A DNA stretch of 32,000 bases, from contig NC_007614.1 in the NCBI RefSeq assembly GCF_000196355.1, positions 1,980,001 to 2,012,000 of the forward strand, in the 5' to 3' direction. The first letter of the stretch is position 1; the number at the start of each line of letters is the position of its first letter. Positions 1 through 9,316 of the stretch are shown here, piece by piece. The notes under the pieces are model-generated. The model worked only from the letters and a program-made list of their open reading frames with translations. It ran no database searches and was not told the origin of the DNA. The position numbers and the translations under genes were made by a program. This DNA comes from Nitrosospira multiformis ATCC 25196. GTDB lineage: Bacteria > Pseudomonadota > Gammaproteobacteria > Burkholderiales > Nitrosomonadaceae.

Positions 1-1101
1 GCCGACAACCCATCCTTGCGCGTCAGGACGCTCCTTGACCAGCATCCGCAATGTCCGGATGAACGTTTTGATATCCTTGATCGGCACCACGCGCCCGACC
101 AGTCCCAGCACCGGTGGAATCTTTTCCGGTCTTTTTTCGAGTGCGTCGCGATAGCGTTCCACATTGAGGCCGTTGGTAATGATACGTGTTTTTTCCGGGA
201 CTGCTCCGTCGGCAATCTGTCTCAACCGATTCCCTTCATACAGGCTGATAATGGGCGAAGCCTGCGCGTACGCCATGCGCCCCAGCTGCTCGTAGAATCT
301 GATCCAGAGGCCCCGGATATATCCCATTTCCTCATGCAGCGTATTGCATACATCGTCATTGTGATCATGGATCCAGGTAGCCTGCGCCAAGTCGATTTTC
401 CGCTCCTTGGTATAGATTCCGTGCTCGGTGAGCACGAAAGGAATGTTTCGCCGCAGCCGTATCATCGCGCCCAGCAGGCCTGCATAACCAGTCGAAATGG
501 CATGCACTGCCCGAACCGGTGGAAGCCCGGTCGCAATATCGGCCAGCACGAACAAAGGTGCATGCATTGCACGTATCGACCAGAAATAGTCCACAAACGA
601 GGGTTCAGTACAGCGCTCTTTATACTGTCGGGTAATGTAATCCCAGGAAGCTTCGCTATACAGAAAATCCTCCTGACTGATGCCACCCTTGGAGCCCAAT
701 CGCGCAAACGCATCAATCATTTTCCTGTCAGCCAATTTCCCGGATTGCCGCATGATGGCGTGCAGTTCTTCCATTTCCTGGAAAGGCTGGCGGCTGCCCT
801 TGCGGGCATGCGGCTTCCCATGGCTGCGGTGCAACAGATAGTGCGTTTCGACATGCGTCACATTCGGCGGAAACTGATATTGCGCCGGTCCATACATTTC
901 CTTATTGCCGCCTATAAAGATCACGGCGAAGGTAAATTCCGGCAAACCGTTTATGATCTGGTGGACCCATGAAGATACCCCGCCACGGACATAAGGATAG
1001 GTGCCTTCCAGCAGCAGAGCAATATCCGCCACCGGTTCCAGAACCGATCCTGCTGCCCGTACCGTCCAGGGCTTCTCCGCCCCTGCCTGGATAACACTCA
1101 T
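1..1101 (-). CDS. pelF: PelF-like glycosyltransferase (GT4 family), N-terminal part; continues beyond the left window edge
   Basis: Absent from the ORF track because it is truncated. Reverse-complement translation from 1101 reads MSVIQAGAEKPWTVRAAGSVLEPVADIALLLEGTYPYVRGGVSSWVHQIINGLPEFTFAVIFIGG, a PelF hallmark N-terminus. Start codon overlaps the pelE stop (ATGA). Confidence 0.9.
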   Translation of the reverse strand, partial: MSVIQAGAEKPWTVRAAGSVLEPVADIALLLEGTYPYVRGGVSSWVHQIINGLPEFTFAVIFIGGNKEMYGPAQYQFPPNVTHVETHYLLHRSHGKPHARKGSRQPFQEMEELHAIMRQSGKLADRKMIDAFARLGSKGGISQEDFLYSEASWDYITRQYKERCTEPSFVDYFWSIRAMHAPLFVLADIATGLPPVRAVHAISTGYAGLLGAMIRLRRNIPFVLTEHGIYTKERKIDLAQATWIHDHNDDVCNTLHEEMGYIRGLWIRFYEQLGRMAYAQASPIISLYEGNRLRQIADGAVPEKTRIITNGLNVERYRDALEKRPEKIPPVLGLVGRVVPIKDIKTFIRTLRMLVKERPDAQGWVVG

Positions 1102-2240
1102 TTATTCCACCATGCTCTTACCAGAGCCAGTTCCCGCCCTTTCTCCCCAACACGTGCAAGCGCGGACAAACAGGCCTTTGCTTCGGTAAACTTCCGCTGC
1201 CGGAAAGCGATTTCGGCAAACCATGGCAACAGTTGTTGCTGATCCGCGCCATGGGTTTGTGCGTTGACAAAAGCCTTTCTCGCCAGGGCGGCTTCACCTG
1301 ATTCCAATAAAATCCGACCATACAACAACCAACTGTCGGCGTTCACGCTCCCGGATAGAGAGGACGCTTCACCCATCTCATGCTTGGGCGACGCCAGAGA
1401 GGCTTCGGATGCAGCACGCACAGAAGCCGATACAGATGCAGAGGGAACGTCGCGCCGCGTAATCGATGGCGAGCCCAATACGACCTCCATTTGTGTGCGG
1501 GCGTTTTTCAGCCAGTGCTGTCTGACAGCACCCTGTACCAGCTTGTGATATACCAGTTCCCAGCATAGCGCAGCGATCGTCTTGCGGCAGGCATTCTGTG
1601 CTCGTGGAGGAAGGTGTGGCAGCGCTTCGGTTAAAGCCAGGACGCGGTCAGTGAGCCTCTTTTCATGGGCATCCTTCATCGCATAGGCAAGCAGCCTTAC
1701 GTCATCGATCGGGTCGCGAGTAGCCTTCGACCAGATCTCCATGGCTTCTCTCGGCGACATATGCCGTGTTGCCATCACCGCTTTCAACCGCTTGAGCGAG
1801 CGCTGGGCAAAATGGACGATCTGGCGCAGGGCTCCCTGGCTGTAAGGGGGAACAGGGAAAATGACAGGGGGTGAAAAAGGCAGCTCAGGCAGGATTATGA
1901 TCTTTACATTCTTCGCGGAACGGGTCCGGGGCTGTTTCAATGCACGTGTTATGCTCCACAGCACGCCCAGCGCCCCGAAAACCGGCAGAATCCATAGAAA
2001 GGCAAACAGCAATCCCAGACTTCTACGGGGAGGAAGCTTGTAGCGGCGCGGCAGCGCCTGCCAGAACATGCGCGCAAGGTAATACGATGAAGCAGAGTGA
2101 AATACAGCCGCCATAAACAGCAGCGCGCCTTCCTGCCAATCTGCAAGCGCGTCATCCGCACTCAACCAGACCAGGAGAACGGCTACTACTTCAGCAGTCA
2201 CTCCCGAGAATGCAAGCAAGCGATACATGCGACGCATCAC
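1098..2240 (-). CDS. pelE: PelE-like protein: N-terminal membrane helices followed by TPR-like helical repeats
   Basis: 380-aa ORF between pelD and pelF with hydrophobic N-terminus (LLAFSGVTAEVVAVLLVWL) and a C-terminal TPR-like region; 4-bp overlaps with both neighbours. Confidence 0.8.
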   Translation of the reverse strand: MMRRMYRLLAFSGVTAEVVAVLLVWLSADDALADWQEGALLFMAAVFHSASSYYLARMFWQALPRRYKLPPRRSLGLLFAFLWILPVFGALGVLWSITRALKQPRTRSAKNVKIIILPELPFSPPVIFPVPPYSQGALRQIVHFAQRSLKRLKAVMATRHMSPREAMEIWSKATRDPIDDVRLLAYAMKDAHEKRLTDRVLALTEALPHLPPRAQNACRKTIAALCWELVYHKLVQGAVRQHWLKNARTQMEVVLGSPSITRRDVPSASVSASVRAASEASLASPKHEMGEASSLSGSVNADSWLLYGRILLESGEAALARKAFVNAQTHGADQQQLLPWFAEIAFRQRKFTEAKACLSALARVGEKGRELALVRAWWNK

Positions 2241-3508
2241 CCCTGCTCCAGGGAACGGATCCTTTGCGGATCAATTTCATTGATAGACATCCATTCCTGC
2301 GCGGTTGTTGCGGGAATATCGGCTACTCGCTGCGCCCATGCCCGTGCCCCAGTAATATCCGTCAGTGGCAACATCGCCCAGACGACATACTGATCCTTTT
2401 CACGCGCAAGGCAGATAAAGTCGATGGCACGAATCGAAAACCGCAGCTTTTCGTGAACGCTCCGCACCTCCTCCGGATTTCCGGATAATCTCAGGAGCAC
2501 GGTATCGAGCTTGAAGCGCGAAAAATCCTGATATGCCCGTTCAAATGAAGCAATAAACCGACGAACCGATGGCCTCGCAGTTCCAAAGCGGAGATGGTCC
2601 ACGCCGTGGGCCACCAGCACCGCGATAAGTTTGAGATTGCTTTCATGAAACGAAAAAAAAGGCATGGAACGCACTGCCAGCACGGCATTTATTTCGCCGA
2701 CGGAGTCGGTTAAAGGTACCACAGCCAGAAGCTGGGCCTGGTCCATCTCTGATTCCTGCAGAAGATTCAACGTGGCCAGTTCGCCGCTGTCGAGCGCCAT
2801 TCTCAGCACTGGATCAGTCACATCGATGGGAAAGCGCTCTCCCACACAGGCCAGAACGTTGGAAGTATCAATGCGGTCGGCAGTAATCCCGATGATGCAG
2901 GCCTGAGTCAATGCACCATATTCCGCCACAAATTCAATAAGCTTTTGCAGCGAGCTTTCCGTCATTCCATCGATGGCGTCCAGCGTGGATTGAAGGTGCA
3001 TGATGCCTTCACGCAGGGAAAAGCCACTGTTGGCAACGGTCTGTTCGAGACGGTCATGCGAGAGGCGCAATAACTGGTAACTGCGCGTGAATTCCTCAAG
3101 ACGCTCGGCGCGGTATTGATACGCGCCCTCCAGCCGGTGCAGGCGACGCCCCCACATGTCACGAAACTCCCCTGCCACCATCGCCACCACCACCACGCCT
3201 ATCGCCCAAGGCAGCGGAAAGCTCTTCGCGGCCTGCCATTGCTGGTCGATGGCGACGCCAAGGACTGCGAGTGTCAGCAGCGCGCTGACAAAACCAAAGA
3301 CAAACCCGTACCGTAATCCCGCGAGCAGGGGTGCCAGCACTGCCCAGGGGAATCCGCCACTCAATCGGAAAGGATCCGCCTGCTGGGTAATGAATGATGC
3401 CGCAATTACAACAGCAGTTATAACGAATGTTTCAAACCAGCCGCCCCACGCAGATACGGGGGTGTTTACATCGACAACCTCTATACCTTCCAGCCAGGGT
3501 TTCTTCAT
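2237..3508 (-). CDS. pelD: PelD-like c-di-GMP receptor (TM helices, GAF, degenerate GGDEF)
   Basis: 423-aa ORF with four predicted N-terminal hydrophobic segments, coiled/GAF region, degenerate GGDEF region with RAID (RxxD) motif; position in pel operon. Confidence 0.88.
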   Translation of the reverse strand: MKKPWLEGIEVVDVNTPVSAWGGWFETFVITAVVIAASFITQQADPFRLSGGFPWAVLAPLLAGLRYGFVFGFVSALLTLAVLGVAIDQQWQAAKSFPLPWAIGVVVVAMVAGEFRDMWGRRLHRLEGAYQYRAERLEEFTRSYQLLRLSHDRLEQTVANSGFSLREGIMHLQSTLDAIDGMTESSLQKLIEFVAEYGALTQACIIGITADRIDTSNVLACVGERFPIDVTDPVLRMALDSGELATLNLLQESEMDQAQLLAVVPLTDSVGEINAVLAVRSMPFFSFHESNLKLIAVLVAHGVDHLRFGTARPSVRRFIASFERAYQDFSRFKLDTVLLRLSGNPEEVRSVHEKLRFSIRAIDFICLAREKDQYVVWAMLPLTDITGARAWAQRVADIPATTAQEWMSINEIDPQRIRSLEQG

Positions 3509-6207
3509 CGCTTTGCAGGTTCACTGTTTACAGGAAATTCCCGAATCTTGGTCAGCGTCTCGCGGCAGATATCCAGTTCCGTTGCCAAATCGCTCGGGTT
3601 GGGCTCCGGTTCGCCGGCCAACCACCGATTCGCGCGATCCACATCGTCTATGGATAAGGGGAGCATGTCCGGATGTGATGCGGCCGCCGGTTGACGCTTC
3701 AGGTGATCCGAAATAAGCGCCAACTGCCGCTCCACTTCACGCTCATTCCTGTTCCTGACTGCCTTTGCAAAATCTTTCCATTGTGACAGCTCAAGCCGTT
3801 CCACCTCTCTACGCAATGCGAAATAGTCGGCATTATCCAGTTTTCCTCCAAAGCCCCATTGGTCCCGAATCGACTGTAATTCCTCCTGTTTCTTTGCATC
3901 CTCGGTACCCTCCCTTTTGGGAGGAAGATACTTTGATCCGAAAAAGTATTCGGCGAGGCGTGACGGATATTTCACTTCGATCCGGGAATTCTGCCTTGAA
4001 GCGAACATTTCGAGCGCCTGGAAACGGGCATAGTTGGCGTGAGCGGGGCACCCCGCCCATTCCATATTATCCGCCAGGGCCAATATCCAGAGAAAATCCC
4101 CCGCCCGGGTCGAAAGCGATCGCAAAAACCAGGCGGCTGCCTGAACCGGCCTGCCCAAACCTTGCTCCGCTGCCGCCAAGGCTTCGGCCAAGGCCGGATT
4201 AACCGTGGACTGACTGGCTGTCTGGGCACGATAGGGCGCAACGACGGAATCAAGCAGTACACGATCAATTTTCTCGTATGCCAGCAATAGCCAGATCATG
4301 GCTTCGGTGACTTCCGGATCTGCGGCCTGTAATTTCAGGATCTCCTGCAGCGCCCCACGTGCAGCGCTTTGCTCCCCATGCGCCATTCTGCGCATCGACT
4401 GGAAATACCAGTAATCCCGCGCCTGCGCTGCGGAAGGAAGTTTTTCCGCAACCTCGAGCCACTGATCCAGTTCATCCCAATTCCGCCGCTTCCAGGAAAA
4501 ACGCATCAGGCGCTGCAAATCCTCGATCCGCTTCAATCTTTCCCACCCATAGCGCGCAAGCCGCTCGCTTTTTTTCTCATCGTGATGGCGCAGGGCCAGA
4601 CGTTGCAGGTTTTCCAGAATTTCCACGTCGTTCGACCGAAGAGCCAATGCTTTTTCGTAGGCTTGACCGGCGTACGCATCCTGTCCCAGTTGCGTGGAAA
4701 CTTTCGCCAGCAGCAACCAGTATTCTTCCGCAGAAGCGGGAGGCGGCGAGTCGATGTCCCGAAGCAGCAACTGAAAGCTCTTTTGCGTGTTGCCGGCTTC
4801 CTCATATAGCCTTGCCAATGCAAGCCTCTGACGCCCATCCTGTATTTCCGGCATATCTTCATATAACGTGAGCGCCGCATCCGGTTTGCCCTGAAGAACA
4901 AGAACCTCCACCAATGCGTTAAGGATGGGGGGAGGATTGCCGAATCGTTCCGCGTGACGTCGCAACTGTTTTTCCACACGCGACGGCTGGGCAACGGCGA
5001 GACCCGCTTTGACATAAGCATCCGCTTCGGTAGTCGTCAGCTTGCGGCGGGACATGACTGCCTCAAGAAGCTGCACAATCGCCTCGTTATCCGGTTTTGC
5101 CTGAGCCAATGCAAAGGCCCGGGTTTCAGCCTCTTCATCAGCCTTATGGCGCGCAAAAGACAACCACAAGGCGAGCGCTTCATCGGGTTGACCATTCCAG
5201 TCATATAAATGGGCAAGCAGTCGCTGACGCTCACTTCCAGGAATCAGAGAAGCGCGCAGCATGGGTGCCCGGGCAAGGCCTTCGCTAAGGAGCCCCATCG
5301 AAACCTGCAACCGGACAACACGTTCCGCAAGCCTCTGATCCGCAGGCAGATGTGCGCTTGCCTGCTCCAGCCAAACCAATGCATGATCGCGGTCACCCAT
5401 CGGCTGGGCAACGTCCGCCGCCAGGAGCAGCAGCTGCGCGTCCGCGTTGGAGGAGCTATAAGCGGAAAGGATCTGCATCGCGGCTTTCAAGGCCTCCCGG
5501 TCGACTCCCGCCTGGAGATAGGCGCCTAAACAGGCTTTCGCCAATTCGGTTTTCTTCCGGGCTATTCGTTCGAAAGTGAAAGCCCGGCAGAAATTTTGTG
5601 CTGCAGCTCTGGGTTGTGCGGCTGCAAGCCGTTGTTTGGCAGCAAAAGCAAGCCAGCGCGATTTTGTCTGCCGGGTTTCATTCTGCATGCCAGCCAACTG
5701 CTCGAAAGTTTCCGCTACGACCGAGGGTTCGCCAAACTGCTCTGCCAGCAACACCACCTGGTTCGACTCTTTGTCATTGTCCGCCAGGCGCAACAATAAG
5801 GGGACCAGTTCTCCGATACGCCTTCGCAGTGATGCCTCGACATCCCGGGGAGGATGTCGGTAAAGCTGCTGCAGCGCCAGCTTCAACTCTGCCAGGCGAA
5901 TCTCGTAAGTCAACCCTGACTCGGGAGCATTCTGCAGAGGTTCCATGGCAAGGACAGCTTCATCGGTCATGCCCGCTTCCGTCAGTACCTGTACGAACGA
6001 CAGGCGTAGCGGAGCGTTACCCGGATCGGACTGCACGAGAACACGAAGATAAGCGACCGACAAAGCATCTTTTGCTGACAGGTTGGCGGGATCCCTGAAG
6101 GCGGGCTGACGCGGAAACAATATCCAGAAGGCAATGAGAACCACCGCGCTCATGAACAGCAACGCGGGTGCGTTTAGCAGAGATTCGCGTTGCGTTTCAA
6201 CACTCAA
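3505..6207 (-). CDS. PelB-like inner-membrane-anchored TPR protein, apparently lacking the C-terminal beta-barrel
   Basis: 900 aa; single N-terminal TM (LLNAPALLFMSAVVLIAFWILF) then continuous TPR-like helices (LRLSFVQVLTEAGMTDEAVLAMEPL, LARLYEEAGNTQKSFQLLLRDID); located between pelA and pelD, where pelB/pelC normally lie. Confidence 0.75.
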   Translation of the reverse strand: MSVETQRESLLNAPALLFMSAVVLIAFWILFPRQPAFRDPANLSAKDALSVAYLRVLVQSDPGNAPLRLSFVQVLTEAGMTDEAVLAMEPLQNAPESGLTYEIRLAELKLALQQLYRHPPRDVEASLRRRIGELVPLLLRLADNDKESNQVVLLAEQFGEPSVVAETFEQLAGMQNETRQTKSRWLAFAAKQRLAAAQPRAAAQNFCRAFTFERIARKKTELAKACLGAYLQAGVDREALKAAMQILSAYSSSNADAQLLLLAADVAQPMGDRDHALVWLEQASAHLPADQRLAERVVRLQVSMGLLSEGLARAPMLRASLIPGSERQRLLAHLYDWNGQPDEALALWLSFARHKADEEAETRAFALAQAKPDNEAIVQLLEAVMSRRKLTTTEADAYVKAGLAVAQPSRVEKQLRRHAERFGNPPPILNALVEVLVLQGKPDAALTLYEDMPEIQDGRQRLALARLYEEAGNTQKSFQLLLRDIDSPPPASAEEYWLLLAKVSTQLGQDAYAGQAYEKALALRSNDVEILENLQRLALRHHDEKKSERLARYGWERLKRIEDLQRLMRFSWKRRNWDELDQWLEVAEKLPSAAQARDYWYFQSMRRMAHGEQSAARGALQEILKLQAADPEVTEAMIWLLLAYEKIDRVLLDSVVAPYRAQTASQSTVNPALAEALAAAEQGLGRPVQAAAWFLRSLSTRAGDFLWILALADNMEWAGCPAHANYARFQALEMFASRQNSRIEVKYPSRLAEYFFGSKYLPPKREGTEDAKKQEELQSIRDQWGFGGKLDNADYFALRREVERLELSQWKDFAKAVRNRNEREVERQLALISDHLKRQPAAASHPDMLPLSIDDVDRANRWLAGEPEPNPSDLATELDICRETLTKIREFPVNSEPAKR

Positions 6208-9205
6208 GCCGGAATTTTCCCGCTGTCAGGTTTCCTGGAACTGTATAAACGGAATGTGCACCCTTCACCTGCGGTATCAACTTTGTGTCATTTATGCTCA
6301 AGGCGCAGGAAGCGGGAGCCGTGACGGTCAGGGGCGCCAAACGGCCGCCCGATTCAAATAAAAGCGTGGCGGAACCATCATTGTTGATATGCCAGGATTT
6401 AAGGGGGGCACTCGCCTCGATCAATCTCAGTCCCGGATTTCCGTTCCGTTTACCTTGAGCGGCTTTCAGGATTGCGTGATTCCGAGCGAGGTGGATGTAG
6501 CGGTTGTCGTTGCGATCATTATATCCAACTACATCGCTGGAGATTTCCGGCGTCATTTCGGTCGGGGGCAACCGCACTGTTCTGAGGGTATCCCCGAAAA
6601 GAGACCAATTGCCGTCGAGATCGCGTGCGATGCTTGCCGTCTGGAACGCACGCACGCGAGTGACATATTCATCGACCCAGATGCCGAGCACATTTTCCTT
6701 CCGCTGCGCCCCCGCCATCTGCTCCAGAAGCTCCCTCCCCCGTTCGTTCAGGAACGCATCGGCATGAATCGATATGGACGAAACACGCAACCGGCGTGCA
6801 AGGTCGAGCTCCCGGTTCCATTCGCCAACCTTACCAAAATTCAGGGCTTCGCCGTACCAGAGCTGCGCGAACAGAGGTTCGGCAATCAGCGGCGTCATCA
6901 CCTGAATACCCCATTCTGTCGGACGAAGTGCGGGATCAAGGTCTGCAAGCGATATCTGTCCACTCTGCCAATGCAGCCCCCCTCCGCCATAATGCGGCAG
7001 CCCGGCTTTCTGCGCGGCGGCCAGCACTGCGGGCCCTGGCTTGCCATCCCCAGACCAGATCAATAACGGAGGGGAATCCGGTGCCATCGTACGCAGGAAT
7101 GGAAGAGTGCCACCTGTTTCGCGCGTCATTTCCGCCGCGTAATCCTTCATGAATACGCTGTATCGGTAGGATTGTTGATCCGCGTCTGTCTTACCTTCGA
7201 ACACCCCCCAATAAAAAGGGTGACTGTAGGTATGGCTTGCCAGACGAACTTGGGGCAAACTGGCCACCTGGCGCAGCTTGCTCTGCTGCTCTTCGGTGGC
7301 TACTTCCGCTTCAATGACACCCAATGTTATCGGCAGCGGATTTTTTTCCATCCAGCCCCTGAGCCGGTCGATTGCCTCCACACCCTGCTCATCCTTTGCA
7401 AACAGGCGATCTCCCCTCACCTCGATAATCTCCAGGCGCCGCCCGTTTTCCGTTGTCATGTCAAATACCGGCTGCACCGGCAGACGCAACGCCGCCTGGA
7501 AAAAAACAAAAGGATCGAGCAGCCATTCGTGCCGCCCGGAGACGCTCTCACTCAGGATATGGGGATGTAACGCGTACCCGCCCCAGTTCGTCACCGCAAT
7601 CGGATGAAATATTTTGTCAGCACTGCTCAAGGTGAGCCATGCGTTATTGCGGTCTCGAACCCGTACATCGGGCGTGCCGCTGCCGATAACCGGAGCGGAC
7701 TCAGGGCGTCCCAGGCGATCATTCATGGCATCGAGTTTCAATATGCCGGTCGTCGGGTACAATTCACCCTGATAATCCAGCAGATTCCGGCACGCAACAC
7801 CTGCCGGCAGATAACCCATGAACACTATGGGCAGGTTCGCATTCGCTTCTGACTGCAGCCGTGCGCAGACACTCTCATACCGTTCGGTACCGTTCGCACT
7901 GTCCTCCCCCAGCCACGCGATAATCCCGGCATACCGCCCGACGAGCGGTTCAATCGGCAAGGGAAGCTGATCGATGTACCAATAGTCGAGCGCCAAGCCA
8001 AGATATTCGAGCGGCATGGCAGCATGCCGAAACAGATCATGCTCCATCTGCTGCGCGGGCGTTCCATTAACGATAGCCAGCAGTTTGCGGGGAGCCAGGC
8101 GTATTCGTCCCTGCCCCAGCCACGTCAGGTCTCCATTGGCCACCCAGGGCATGAATCCCAGCTTGAGAATGTCACGCGCCGTTTTTTCCGCCTCTACCCA
8201 GTTCCCCGGATCGACATAGTCGAGCACCGTAATGGGCACCTTGAATTCGTTTTGCGCCCGCACCAGCTGATCGAGCAGCCACTTTCTGTTTTCTTCCTTG
8301 GTTGGGGCGTGTTTACCGCTAACTGGGTCAAAACCATGAAAAAGAGATTCCGCCACCATACCATCGGCATACTGGCTGGCCCGGTCCAGTACTTCGAAGC
8401 CCCGGTTGAGAATGAGCTTGCATCCTGGAAAACGCTGCTTGACTTCCGCGAGCAATGAAACCAGTCCTTTTTCCTGCTCTTCGCGTTGTTTGCCTTCCGG
8501 CGTCACGATCAGGTAACTGTCCACTGTATCGAGAAAAAAGGCGCGGTAACCGTCACGCCACAAGCGTTCGAAGTGCTGCTTCAGCAGGTATTCGCGCCAG
8601 GCAGGATCGGTCATGTCCATTACCAGGCTGTTCCAGGCAGGGTTGACGCCTATCGACCAGTCCGTATCGATACGCGCCATATCTTCGCTGTTGCGGGCGA
8701 TTTCACCAAACGAGACATAGGCGAAGACGAGTGAAGAGTCCAGATTCAACAGCGCTGTTTTCTCATGCGGCAGAATCTGGCTTGGCTGGATGACGATCTG
8801 GTCGAAATGGCGCAGATCTTCGACAGGGGGCCTGCTGCCATAGTAAAACACAATATCGCGTTTCTCCAGCTCCAGGCCGTCTGAGTGGGCCGCTGATGCC
8901 ATCAGCATCAGCATCAGTAACAGAAGCAGTTGCCAGATGCCTGAACAGAGCGACGATGCTTCGCTCCGGATCGCACCGGAAAAATGGAACAGGAAGCGGA
9001 ATCCTGATGGTTGAGGCAGGTTGTCGCGGATGCCGCCATGATCTTTGCGACCTTTACAGATACGCAGCCCCCCCCTGTCTCCGATGTCAGTGGCGGGAAT
9101 AATGGGATTGGGTGTGGCAGTTTGCAAAACTTGTCGAGATATCCTTTCTGCTCCGGAAGCCAGTGGGGCGCACCGGAACGCATTTTGTATTAAGGTGCTT
9201 CGCAA
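6197..9205 (-). CDS. pelA: PelA-like bifunctional glycoside hydrolase / polysaccharide deacetylase; N-terminal boundary uncertain
   Basis: N-terminal GH114-like TIM-barrel motifs (KRDIVFYYGSRPPVEDLRHFDQIVIQP, AYVSFGEI, YRAFFLDTVDSY) and C-terminal deacetylase motif (VRLASHTYSHPFYWGVFEG). The track start at 9205 is a TTG codon and is probably not the true start. Confidence 0.85.
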   Translation of the reverse strand: MRSTLIQNAFRCAPLASGAERISRQVLQTATPNPIIPATDIGDRGGLRICKGRKDHGGIRDNLPQPSGFRFLFHFSGAIRSEASSLCSGIWQLLLLLMLMLMASAAHSDGLELEKRDIVFYYGSRPPVEDLRHFDQIVIQPSQILPHEKTALLNLDSSLVFAYVSFGEIARNSEDMARIDTDWSIGVNPAWNSLVMDMTDPAWREYLLKQHFERLWRDGYRAFFLDTVDSYLIVTPEGKQREEQEKGLVSLLAEVKQRFPGCKLILNRGFEVLDRASQYADGMVAESLFHGFDPVSGKHAPTKEENRKWLLDQLVRAQNEFKVPITVLDYVDPGNWVEAEKTARDILKLGFMPWVANGDLTWLGQGRIRLAPRKLLAIVNGTPAQQMEHDLFRHAAMPLEYLGLALDYWYIDQLPLPIEPLVGRYAGIIAWLGEDSANGTERYESVCARLQSEANANLPIVFMGYLPAGVACRNLLDYQGELYPTTGILKLDAMNDRLGRPESAPVIGSGTPDVRVRDRNNAWLTLSSADKIFHPIAVTNWGGYALHPHILSESVSGRHEWLLDPFVFFQAALRLPVQPVFDMTTENGRRLEIIEVRGDRLFAKDEQGVEAIDRLRGWMEKNPLPITLGVIEAEVATEEQQSKLRQVASLPQVRLASHTYSHPFYWGVFEGKTDADQQSYRYSVFMKDYAAEMTRETGGTLPFLRTMAPDSPPLLIWSGDGKPGPAVLAAAQKAGLPHYGGGGLHWQSGQISLADLDPALRPTEWGIQVMTPLIAEPLFAQLWYGEALNFGKVGEWNRELDLARRLRVSSISIHADAFLNERGRELLEQMAGAQRKENVLGIWVDEYVTRVRAFQTASIARDLDGNWSLFGDTLRTVRLPPTEMTPEISSDVVGYNDRNDNRYIHLARNHAILKAAQGKRNGNPGLRLIEASAPLKSWHINNDGSATLLFESGGRLAPLTVTAPASCALSINDTKLIPQVKGAHSVYTVPGNLTAGKFRLEC

Positions 9206-9316
9206 GGTAACAGGAAATGTTCTTTCTGCGTGGTTTTTTGACGGGGAGTTCGGATCTCATCAAGAGACATGCTGCTATTTGATAATGACAAAATCGGACA
9301 CATACTTTTTTACTCT

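Noticed and set aside
16-972. 318-aa plus-strand ORF
   Set aside because: Antisense to the truncated pelF; the minus-strand frame gives a clear PelF sequence while this ORF shows no recognisable domain and low-complexity composition typical of GC-rich shadow ORFs.
3765-4871. Plus-strand ORFs opposite the pelB-like gene (145, 170 and 146 aa)
   Set aside because: Pro/Arg-rich antisense shadows of a well-supported TPR coding frame.
6389-7066. 225-aa plus-strand ORF opposite pelA
   Set aside because: Fully antisense to conserved PelA coding sequence; no domain recognised.
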